64,000 nt of DNA from the human T2T-CHM13v2.0 reference genome, Homo sapiens (GCF_009914755.1 NC_060932.1); one strand, 5' to 3'. Positions 16,461 through 27,406 are shown, numbered from the stretch's first letter. The notes: generated from the letters alone by a model not told the origin. Numbers and translations are program-made.

Positions 16461-17175
16461 ACAAAAAGAATTTTTTAAATGTACATTACCAATTTGGCAG
16501 AAGGATGTATAAATATTATGTCAGCCTTAAGACGTGATTTAATCCTGATAGATGAGTTGTCAGGGAAGGGTGACACTAATTGACAGATGTTAGCTGGCAC
16601 CTGCTATTCCCAGCGATGCACTAAGAAGGCTCTGTGGTTCTGGGTGGGTGAAAAGTCCTCGGCAGCACAGTCAAAAATGAGATTTTCTTTTCTGTCTTCC
16701 ATTGAGGAAGTCAAAGAGTGTGTTGACAGTCTGGAGGGGCCTGGGTTGGAGATGGGTAATAAATGCTTCTGGATGACCAGGTTAGCAAAAGCACCCACAC
16801 ACTTTGGGTCCCTTAAACTTCTATTGAGGGATCAACCAGAATAAGCTGGGGTTTCCTAGATTACAAGGGGCGTTTGATGATGTCAGACATTCCAGGAAGA
16901 GGAGGCTTGGGAGAAAAGTAAGAAAGGTTGAACATTTGTTTTCTGTAAAAAGAAAAAGCAAGTCAAAAAAGAAACAAAACAAAACAAAGAAAACCCACCC
17001 CCAACTCCTCCCTTCCTGGTGGGCACCTCCAGGTGTCTCTCTCCTGTCCTGGCATCCATTTGTCTCTCACAAGATTTTATAAGGGCTGAGAGGCCGAGTA
17101 GACAAACCAGTTGAAAGGAGGATAAGGAAGTGGTTTGTAAATTTGGACACAACTAGTCTTTAAAATAAGTACTGA

Positions 17176-17500
17176 GGCCAGACGCCTTGGCTCACACCTG
17201 TAATCCCAGCACTTAGGGAGACCAAGAAAGGAGGATCACTTGAGACCAGGAGTTAAAGACCAACCTGGGTGACATAGTGAGACCCCTGTCCCTACCAAAA
17301 ATACCAAAATTAGTCAGGTGTGGTGGTGTGCACCTGCTCTCCTAGCTACTCACCAGGCTGAGACAAGAGGATGGCTTGAGCCCAGGAGTTTAAGGCTGTA
17401 TTGAGCTATGATTGTGCCACTGCACTCCAGCCTGGGTGACAGAGCAGGATCCTCTCTCAAAAAACAAACAAACAAAACCTCAAAAACCAACAACAAAAAA
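17176..17500 (+). mobile_element. Alu (AluJ-like), inserted in a MER5A-like relic
   Basis: Diverged dimeric Alu with a (CAAA)n tail; it is the template for the inverted copy at 19064-19245. Confidence 0.88.
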
Positions 17501-17754
17501 CTGATGCCTGAGCCTTACTTCCAGAGATTACAGTACAGTTGGTGTTAAGTAGGAAGTAGGGCTGGGTCTTCGTATGTCTTCAAAGACTCCCAGGAAATTC
17601 TATTGAACAACCAATGCTGACAGCCACTGGGTAAAAGGCATCCACAGATGCAACTGCAATTGTAAGTACAGTTTGTATTTGAGACTAATTGCTGGTGGAC
17701 TTTCACTGTTAAGAGGGCAAAATCAGCATTTATTCTCCCATGCAGATTTCTGGG

Positions 17755-18136
17755 TGATATGGTTTGGCTCTGTGTCCCCACCCAAATCTCATCTTGAGTT
17801 GCAATTCCAATGTGTCAAGGGAGGAACCTGGTGGGAGGTGATTGGATTATGGAGGTGGTTTCCCCTATGCTGTTCTCATGATAGTGAGTGAGTCTCACAA
17901 GATCTGATGGTTTTAAAAATGGGAGTTTTTCCTGTGCTCTCAGTTCACTTCCCACCTGCCGCATGTAAGACTTGCTTGCTTCCTCTTTGCCTTCCGCCAT
18001 AAGTGTAAGTTTCCTGAGGCTTCCTAGCCATGCTTGCTGTTAAAACTGTGGAATTTTGAGTAGTTAAACTTCTTTCCTGTATAAATTACCCAGTCTTGGG
18101 CAGTTCTTTATAGCATTGTGAAAACGGACGAATACA
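17755..18136 (+). mobile_element. MaLR solo LTR (THE1D/MSTA-like)
   Basis: TGATATGGTTTGGCTCTGTGTCCCCACCCAAATCTCATC ... CGGACGAATACA; 5-bp TSD CTGGG/CTAGG. Confidence 0.9.
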
Positions 18137-18899
18137 CTAGGCTTTAAACAAATTCTCTATGTATCCCACAGTCATTCCAATGAGAAAATAGGACTTTTCT
18201 CTGTGTATCACCCTTTTCTCTCTACCCAGTCACCTCCCCAGTATGGGCTCTCCCCATGACTGAGCTGGCTGGAAACAGGTGAAGAATGCCCAGTTAGAAG
18301 ATGCCACACAATGGATCTATCCTAAATCTCTGTCCTAAATCTATCCTAAACTCCATATTGGACCCAGAGCAAGCTCAGGAAATAAGTCAAGGCTGCATCT
18401 ACAGCCTTTGCATAAATTAGGGGAGAACATACCATGGAAACTGAAATTCTTTTCCTTTCCCTTGCAGACTTTAGATAACCCTTTCCACGGGGTAGTCTGT
18501 CTGGGAAAGTTTGCATGAAGGCCAAGTCTAGGCTAAACTAGGAGCTCTTCATGTCCCAGGGCTATCGGTCCTGCCCTTTTTCTTGAGCAGTAAATAACTC
18601 TCAGCTTTGAAAAGCATGCCCTGGTGACGTGTTCATCATGGCCATGGGAGGAGCAGAGTCTGGCTGTCTGGGTGCAGAACTCAGAGCTCCAAGCCTCGTC
18701 TGACACTGATTTTCTCACCGCGAAAAATGGTGGGGACCGTGGCCCTGAGAGTGACCAAGGAAAGGATCTTATGTTTTATAGTGGATCACATGGTGCTCCA
18801 CTGAGTCCCCCTGTGCAGGGCTGATGTGCCCCCTCCCAGCTGCTAGGCATATTGGTGCAATGAATCGCAGCTGGGTCCCTCGATGGCCATCGCCTAACA

Positions 18900-19365
18900 C
18901 TGACAGGACTGCATTGCCCAAGGTTATTCTCATTTTTGGGAGGCAGCTGATGCTGGGATACAAATGTCCAGCCTACGATCCTCAATTTGGTGCACAGTGG
19001 TTTTGGAGCTTCTTAAGGTATTGGGTGAGGCCTCAGTTGCAGCTGCCTTAACCCTGCCTTCCTCCACCACACCTGACTAATTTTGGTATTTTTGGTAGGG
19101 ACAGGGGTCTCACTATGTCACCCAGGTTGGTCTTTAACTCCTGGTCTCAAGTGATCCTCCTTTCTTGGTCTCCCTAAATGCTGGGATTACAGGTGTGAGC
19201 CAAGGCGTCTGGCCTCAGTACTTATTTTAAAAACTAGTAGTGTCCTTCTCTTCAACCCTGCCTTCCTCACTTCCTCCCAGATGTGTCCCAAGCACCCTCT
19301 CAAGAAAGCTTCTGTGTGCAATTCCCCATTCACTGGAGCTGTTTCCCGGGCGCCTAAGCTAAGTG
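18900..19365 (+). mobile_element. Old ERVL LTR (LTR16-like), disrupted by a templated insertion
   Basis: 3' end ...GCAATTCCCCATTCACTGGAGCTGTTTCCCGGGCGCCTAAGCTAAG resembles LTR16. Confidence 0.45.
19064..19245 (-). repeat. 182-bp inverted duplicate of 17145-17326
   Basis: 3 mismatches in 182 bp, including 31 bp of non-Alu flank; flanked by 15-bp direct repeat AACCCTGCCTTCCTC. Confidence 0.95.
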
Positions 19366-19819
19366 ACTTTCTCATAATGGCCACTGTTTCCTTCAAGGTC
19401 AGCTTTAAGATGTGTGAAATTAACATCACCCTACAACAGTAATTTGCTTTGATAGAAGGAAAACATTGTTGTTAGACGCAAGTCTCTGACATTCATTTCC
19501 CCTCTGACAGCTATGGTTGGCCTTCCTAAGGAGGCTTGGGGAGAACCAATGGGACCACAGATGACAAAGCTGCAGTGGCTCTAGACACTTTCACCAGAAG
19601 TAACTTGAGAGACAAATTGAAGAGAAATTCCAGATGCCACGAACATGTGGCATGCTAACTGGGATTGCTGGTTGGCATGCTAAGGGGAGTTGCGAGAAGA
19701 AGAGGGGTGTGAGATTGGCAGAGATATTGAAAGAAAGTTGGAAAAGGGACAAAAAGAGGAGGGAGAAGAGGACTTTCTTAAGGGATGGGAGATTTTTATT
19801 TAATTTCCTGGATTAGTTA

Positions 19820-20025
<206 letters not shown>

Positions 20026-20538
20026 AAAATCTACATCTGTTAATTGACTGCAAGTGTCTTTGTAATTTGAGAGCTCATGGCCTTCCAGGGGAGGGGAGAA
20101 TGGTTACAGATTTGTGCAAAGAGGTAAATCTTACGATGTGAGCATGCCAAGAAAAGCCTCACCTGTGTGTACATGTGCTTAAAGGATTAGAGCAAAGTTT
20201 GAAATTATGATATATTTTCTTTAGAGTAAGCACCTTACTCTTTAAGCTTCTATTTCCTTGAGGAAGGGAGGAAGAAACCATCAATTCTTGAAGGTAATCA
20301 GGTGCATGGGATTCTCCTCTTGTGGGATTTAATGAAGGTTTAAGTGCAGGGAGATGAAGGATGTGTTGTTTATGTTTTATTTTAACACATTAATAAAACC
20401 TATTTTTCATACTTGTGATTCCAGTTCAAAGGCGTCACTTGCAAGAGGTCTATCAGCTCTGGATGAAGGTGACATTTTTTGCGAGATGCAGGAGCCAGGG
20501 AAGTTATAGTGTGAGGGCTAGCGGAACATAAAAGGGGA

Positions 20539-20839
20539 TTTTTTTTTTTTTTTTTTTTGAGACAGAGTCTTGCTCTGTCACCCAGGCTGGAGCACAGTGG
20601 TGTGATCTTGGCTGACTGCAACCTCCGCCTCTCGGGTTCCAGCGATTCTCCTGTCTCAGCCTACGGAGTAGCTGGGATTACAGGTGTCTGCCACTACGCC
20701 CAGCTAATTTTTGTATTTTTAGTAGAGACAAGGTTTCACCATGTTGGCCAGGCTGGTCTCGAACTCCTGACCTCAGGTGATCTGCCCACCTTGGTCTCCC
20801 AAATGCTGGGATTACAGGCGTGAGCCACCGTGCCTGGCC
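20539..20839 (-). mobile_element. Alu (AluS-like)
   Basis: Full antisense Alu; TSD-like AAAGGGGA on both sides. Confidence 0.92.
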
Positions 20840-20977
20840 AAAGGGGAACTTTTAAAGAAGGATTGCTGTAGTCTTTGTGTTCCCTTTAAGGTCTTCAAGA
20901 AATGTAAAGTAAATACTTGGTTATCTTTTTTTTTAAACAAAAGGTATTCCTTGGCTGGAGTAGGTGATTATTTAAAT

Positions 20978-21410
20978 GTTTTTATTTTTATTTTTATAGG
21001 ATCGGGGATACAAGTGCAGTTGTGTTGCATGGATCTATTGCACAGTAGTGAAGCCTGGAATTTTAGTACCCATTGCCCGAATAGTGAACACTCTACCCAG
21101 TCGTTTTTCATCCCTCACTTTCCTACCACCCTCCAACATTTTGGAGCCTCCAGTGTCTCTTATTCCACTCTGTATACCCATCGTTTAGCTCCCATTTCCA
21201 AATGAGAACATGCAGTTTCTGACTTTCTGTCTCTGAGTCATTTCACTTACGATAAGGGCTTCTAGTTCCATCCATATTGCTGCAAAAGATGTGATTTCAT
21301 TATTTTTGATGGTTGCGTATGTATTCCATGGTATATATGCACATTTTAAAATCTAATCATCTGTTGATGGACACATAGGTTCAGCCCATGATGTTGCTAT
21401 TGTGAATAGT
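20978..21410 (-). mobile_element. L1PB/L1MA-like 3' end
   Basis: TACAAGTGCAGTTGTGTTGCATGGAT...TTCCATCCATATTGCTGCAAAAGA; TSD-like AGGTGATTATT / AGTTGATTATT. Confidence 0.8.
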
Positions 21411-21629
21411 GAACAGTTGATTATTAGACTGAAGAGAGAAAAGGCCTTCCTCCCCCATGACTTAACAGGAACGAAGGACGTTGCATTTATAAAAGGATGG
21501 CCATCACCAGCTACTGGGTAGGCTGAGGCTTTTGATCACCATAGGTTGCAATTGGTGTGTTAGGTGGACGAGGGCAAGAGGATATGGTAATTAGAAATAT
21601 CTAAGTTACACAGCATGTAGTTTTTAGGA

Positions 21630-21821
21630 AACTGAAAATCACACACACATAAATCTAATAAAGACATGGGTACTTTATTTTCAAAACACTCATATGTTGC
21701 AAAAAACACATAGAAAAATAAAGTTTGGTGGGGGTGCTGACTAAACTTCAAGTCACAGACTTTTATGTGACAGATTGGAGCAGGGTTTGTTATGCATGTA
21801 GAGAACCCAAACTAATTTATT
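21630..21821 (-). terminator. NKX3-1 polyadenylation signals
   Basis: AATAAA on minus at 21679-21674 followed by GU-rich TTTATGTGTGTGTGATTTTC; a second, proximal AATAAA at 21821-21816. Confidence 0.8.
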
Positions 21822-24166
21822 AAACAGGATAGAAACAGGCTGTCTGGGTGAAATGGTTCTGAGAACCATCCAATTCACCTGTCAGATGCTGATAGACTAG
21901 CTCTTCAGATGTTTTTCTACCAGTTCAGAGATGGGTTAATGACTAGTTCCAATGGGGAAAAAGCAAGATGGATTCACAAACCAAGTAATTTTAAACAAAG
22001 ACACTTTTTTTTTTTTGCAACACAATATACATCACAGTGAAATGTGTAATCCTTGCAAATTGCAAGTTGAAAGAATTAAATTCAGAGGAGGGGAGAGAAA
22101 GAGTACTCAGTAGGGACTGAGCACTAAATGCTTATTTTAAAAGAAATGTAAAGAGCAGAAAGCAATTCAGGCTACCCTGCCTTTTGTGCTGGCTAGTACT
22201 CCGGTCGGTGTCAGCAGCACGTGGCATTGAACATTGCAATGTGGAGCCCAAACCACAGAAAATGGGGTGAAATTGGCCAACTTTCTATTAACTTATGTTG
22301 GCAATTTTGCCACCAACAGTAAGCTGGCCCTTCTAATAAAAGAAAATTGAAAGGTTTCTCACTAAACGGAATTAAGTAGTGGAGTCAAGAGACTCCCAGG
22401 CCTCAGCGTACCTCATTAGTAATTGTTTTGTTGTTTCATTTTTTTCTAATGTCTCCCCTCTACCAGCTCACCTGAGATAACAGAATGAAAATGGAAGGAC
22501 AGCCAGATTTCTCCTTTGCTCTCTGCTCATTCTCTCTGAAGTCTAGGTTACCCATTTTGGGGACCCATTATAGGCAATAAACACAGTTCCCAAAGCATTT
22601 GGACAGTTTCTTGTTGTGTTTTAGAATGGTTTTCCTTTTTCTTAGCCTTTTCCTGCAAAAGGCTCACTCAGTCCCTTGCTTGCTCAGTGGACTGGGCTCC
22701 CCAGGGCCTAGGCTGCCTTCTTTTCCATGTCCCACCCATGAGCCCTCCACTGGACAGCTCAGTAAGCCTGGCCCTTCATTCTGCGCTGTGTTCTTCCTCT
22801 GTGAAAATCCAATACCTCTTACCTCCTCTGCATGCAAAGATTCTCAAGGATTGTCAGACTTCAAACGTAACAGCAGAACCACCAGAAGGTCCTATAAATG
22901 CAGTAGTGACCTTCTCAAGCTGTCAGGTCTTTAAATAGGATTTGGGATTTAATGCTATGTATTTTTAAAGGAAAGAAATAAGAGTTGCTAGTTTTAAAAA
23001 TGCATGTCTTTTAGCCAATTCAGAATCTGCCCCCAAACTTTTTTAAAAAGTCAAGACAGATAAAGCTTTGGGGAGACGGAAAAAAAAAAAAAAAAAAAAA
23101 AAGACCAGATCTCGGGCTAAATAAGCGAGGCATAAGTTAGGTGCAGCCAGACTAAAAATCTGGACTAAAATGAAGCCCTTTAGTGAGTAATTGCTGCAAA
23201 AAGGAACACAAAATTTTAAAAGGAGGGAAGGAAGAATTATGTTGCCTTTCAGGATACAGTATATATGATAGCCTGAAAACTCCAGGAAACTTCTGATTCT
23301 AAATTCTCCAGCCCAAGGGAAAAAAGTTGAGAAGAGGCCTTTCCACTTTCTACTAATAAAAAAATGCAACAGCCCCTAGCAGCAGTGTGGAGACCCTCCT
23401 TAGGCCCCTGTCTTGGACAAGCGGAGATTCTCCTGGCCCGGCCCTCCCTCTTGCAGTGGAGTTCTGTTTATACAGCTTGTCTTAAAATCACAGCGAGTGC
23501 ATCTTGTTCTATTTGGGCCACCCTGTAAATACTTAAGTTGGCATACCATTTTAAAAGGAATAAAAAGGAATAAGAAAAGCTGATATTTTCATCTCCTCCC
23601 ACCCATCTCCCCCTCCCATGCAAATATGTGCTGAGCATGAGGGCGTTCTCTTGGAGACTATTTGCCCCTCTCTTTTACAGGGACAGAGAGAGCCTTGGCC
23701 ATATTCCAAGGCCAACAGGAGGCTTCTGGACTTAAGTTTAATTCAGTTGGTGACATCCTCATCCTGGTTGTCCTTTCTCCTGTTAGGTTTGCTCTTTCAG
23801 AGTTGATATTCAGTGACACAGGAGGATGGAGTTGCAGAACAGAATCCTTGGGTGTACAGCTCATCCAAAATCATACAAAGTGCTGGAAAATACCACTTGA
23901 TTTTCCCTCTCTCCCCTTCAAACAGGTAGCCAGAAGCAAAAAAAATGACCTACAGTATGCACTGGGGGAATGACTTAGGTATTAAAACTTTCACTGTCTC
24001 TGTTGTTTCATTGTCTCACCAGTGAAGAATCTGAGATTTCCACGCAAATCTCCAATAGCTTTGGTGTGCACACCTCTTGCTCCCTGACCTTGGCCCCTTG
24101 TGCTTTTCATAGAGACACCCTGGGGAAGGCAGTTTTTGATCATAATGGTTGTCACCTGAGCTGGCA
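21655..24166 (-). other. NKX3-1: NKX3-1 3' UTR (~2.5 kb)
   Basis: Repeat-free sequence from the stop codon to the AATAAA signals; contains a ~24-nt U tract (A run 23080-23103 on +). The exact cleavage site is inferred. Confidence 0.8.
23496..23510 (-). promoter_or_regulatory. Androgen/steroid response element in the NKX3-1 3' UTR
   Basis: AGAACAagaTGCACT on minus fits AGAACAnnnTGTTCT; flanked by forkhead motifs TGTTTAT (23465-23471) and GTAAATA (23525-23531). NKX3-1 is a known AR target. Confidence 0.7.
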
Positions 24167-24655
<489 letters not shown>

Positions 24656-25549
24656 TCAATCCACCCTTATCTCTTTAGTGAGTGAACAAACAGCCCACTG
24701 TCATCGTGGATACATTTCACTTTTTTCACATGACTAAGGAGCTCTCCGGAGTGAAGAGTGAGTAAATATGTTTATTACGCATTCATTTGCTAAGAATCAT
24801 CAAGAACCCAAAGTTAGAGACGTTTCGTGGTTGAACTTTCTCCCTACTGTCTAGTAGAATTATATGGGGATTCTGGATCTGTGTGCTGAGGAGAGGCGGG
24901 AGAGGGAGGCAGGGAAAATGCCGTGGAACAAGATACCCGGGAAGGCCAGACCAAAAGACATCCGGTGTTAGGATCCAGGTGGGCAAGAGAGGGCTTGTGC
25001 CACTGGAGACGCAGAGGCAGGCTCATTCTGGGCTTTAATTCCCTCTTCGCTAAACGAGGCGTTCGGTCGCCTCATCAGAAGTGACAGGAAAGAAAATAAG
25101 TGGACTCTCTCTCCTGGACACCGGAGGGAACCCCGAATATACCGCTTTACTGCCCACGGGATTGGGAAGCACACGGAGGCTTTGCTGGTCAACCCCTGCT
25201 TTGTCACTGTTAATAAGTTATTATTAGTTCTCATAACTACCGGGGGGCTGGCGCCGATCGCGGGTGGCGCGGGGCGGGATCCGCTCCTGGGACGGTGGAG
25301 GGCAGTGGCGCTGCAGTCGCGCCGGCTTCTGAGCCCCAGGGAGCGGAGGGCACGGAGCCGGGCGAGTCCTGCGGTGTCAGAATCCTGCGCCGCCCTGACG
25401 CTGGGGCTCAGGGTTCATTCCGGGGGCGCGCGCGTGGCTGCGGAGGCGGGAAGGTCCCTCTGCCTGTCGCCGCGGAGCCCCGCGTCCCTGCACCCCGAGC
25501 TCTGGGGGTCCGCCTTGGGCTGCCCCCCTTCCCCGGCCTCGCCGCTTAC

Positions 25550-25835
25550 CTGGCTCGGTCTCTGCCAGCGTCTCGGCCTCCTCCGGCGCGGCGCGGGGCC
25601 CGGTGCTCAGCTGGTCGTTCTGCGCCCCGGCGCGGCTGCGTCCTCCCTCTGGCTCTGGCTCTGGCTCCGGCTCCGGGTCGCGCTGTCTCTGGCTGCTCGT
25701 GCGGCCGCCTTGCCGCTGCGCGCCGTCCCGCAGGATGTCCTGGATGAGGAAGGACGTGAGCGGCTTGGACGGGGTCGGCGGCGCGGCCCCCTCCGCTTTC
25801 GCCTCCCCGGGCCGCGGCTCCGGAACCCTGAGCAT
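25550..25835 (-). CDS. NKX3-1: NK3 homeobox 1, coding exon 1 (286 nt, phase-1 intron follows)
   Basis: ATG at 25835; [36 protein letters not shown] with TN/eh1 motif TSFLIQDIL and an EPEPEP run; donor CCAG|GTAAGC at 25550/25549. Residue 52 is Arg. Confidence 0.98.
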
Positions 25836-25883
25836 CCCGGCGGCCCCGCTTTGGCCTGAATGCACCCGCCCGGCCCGCACCGC

Positions 25884-25985
25884 TTTCACTTTCCGCCTCC
25901 CGGCTCGCTTATAGCCCAGGGGAGCGGGCCGCGCCGCCCTCCCATTGGCCGCGGGACGGGCCGCGCCGCGGATTGGCCGCCCTGA
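25884..25985 (-). promoter_or_regulatory. NKX3-1 core promoter (TATA-like plus two CCAAT boxes, GC boxes)
   Basis: TATAA on minus at 25913-25909; CCAAT on minus at 25948-25944 and 25976-25972; GC-rich flanks about 75-140 nt upstream of the ATG. Confidence 0.8.
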
Positions 25986-26052
25986 GCCCCAGGTGACCCC
26001 GCCGATCTGCGAGCCCTGAGCACTGCCCCGCTCCGCTCCTCCCTAGGGGATT

Positions 26053-26124
26053 CCTTCCCCAGTTCCCTCTCCTTCCCCAATTCCCTCTCCTTCCCCAATT
26101 TCCTCTCCTTCTCCAGCTCTCCTC
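26053..26124. repeat. 18-bp tandem repeat (~4 copies) in the NKX3-1 promoter
   Basis: CCTTCCCCARTTYCCTCT units at 26053, 26071 and 26089, with a degenerate copy at 26107. Confidence 0.9.
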
Positions 26125-26424
26125 CCTCCGCCCTGAGCCGTTTTCCCAGGCCAGGAGCGCACCCCAAAGCGGGGCTCCTCTGCCCCAACCCACCCGCAAC
26201 AGAGAGAAGCTCCTGGGGATGGGACGATCAAGACAAACAGTCCAGTTAGCTCTTCAGGACCGTCAGAGCCAATTACAGGGGATGAGCACGCAGTCACTGC
26301 AGCCGCGCGGTACCGTGAGAGTTCTGGGTGCTCTCTCTCTCTCTGGGAGAGATGGTGCAAACTCAGATCTGCAATATCTACGACCTCAAAGAGGCATGAC
26401 AAGTAGGTGCAGCCAGACCCCAGG

Positions 26425-27406
26425 CTGAAAGAAGGAAAACACCTTTGCCAAAGCCTTTTCCCGTTGCAGAAGTGGTTTTCTTTGGTGGTTCCTTTATCCG
26501 CAATAACCTGTTAACTTTCCTTCCTCCCCAGACACATGACATACCATCCTTTTGAAAAGTTTCCAGACGGATGGAAGGCGTTTTAGGCCAGGACAAATGC
26601 AAAAACTGCATTTAAAAAAGTAGTTCAAAAGAACATCAGCATACTCTTTTTGCAGATTACCAACTGTTAACATGTAACCCATTGGCTAAACAATGGGTTA
26701 GCCAGATTGGTCCAACCGGTACTGTGACTGGACTGGACGGTACCGTGACAACAGACGAAAGTGGAACAGAGATGATGGAAGTATTTTCTTTCCTTGTCTT
26801 TTCTCTTCTTTTTTTTACGGACAGGGTCTCCCTCTGCCGCCCAGGCTGGAGTGCAGTGATGCCATCATAACTCACTGCAGCCTCGATTTCCTGGATTCAA
26901 GTGATCCTCCTGCCTTGGCCTCTCAAAGTGCCAGGACTACAGGCATGAGTCTCAGTGTCAGGTCGATGATGGAAGTATTGAATTAATGTTAAATTTACTG
27001 AAATTGCACATTGTACTGTCAGTGTACAAGAGAATATTTTTAGGAAATAAACACTGAAGTAAGTAGGAGCAAAGGCACAAGATTTATGAAACTTACATCA
27101 AATGGTTCTGAAACAAGGATGCAGATTGATAGATCCCACGCCATAAAGCCGATGGGTTAAATGGTAACAGTTGGTAATCTGGAAAAAGGGTAGGCTGATG
27201 TTTTTTAGAACCATTTTTTTAATGCAACTTTTTTGTCTGTCCTGGTCTAAGACGGCTTCTATTCAACTGGCAACTTTTCAAAAGGATGGTATGTCATGTG
27301 TCTCTGGAGGAAGGAAAGTTAATAGGTTATTGCTGATAAAGCGACCGCCAAAGAAAACTACCTGTGCAACGGGAAAGACTTTGGCAAAGCTGGTTTTCTT
27401 CTCTCA
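26425..27406. repeat. Spaced inverted repeat: arms ~26425-26687 and ~27147-27406
   Basis: Hand alignment gives ~84% identity over ~260 bp; perfect 32-mer at 26530-26561 vs 27272-27303. Confidence 0.95.
26786..26964 (-). mobile_element. Monomeric left/right hybrid Alu with 15-bp TSD
   Basis: TSD GATGATGGAAGTATT at 26771-26785 and 26965-26979. Confidence 0.85.

Larger units (their letters stand above)
25000..26330. promoter_or_regulatory. CpG island over NKX3-1 promoter, exon 1 and 5' part of the intron
   Basis: High GC and dense CpG by inspection. Confidence 0.9.

Noticed and set aside
25836-25889. 18-aa GTG-initiated N-terminal extension of NKX3-1
   Set aside because: The TATA position implies a TSS near 25884, at or downstream of that GTG; no supporting evidence.
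25182-25914. Long + strand ORFs (225, 150 and 103 aa) antisense to NKX3-1 exon 1
   Set aside because: Stop-poor GC-rich shadow frames with non-ATG starts and low-complexity products.
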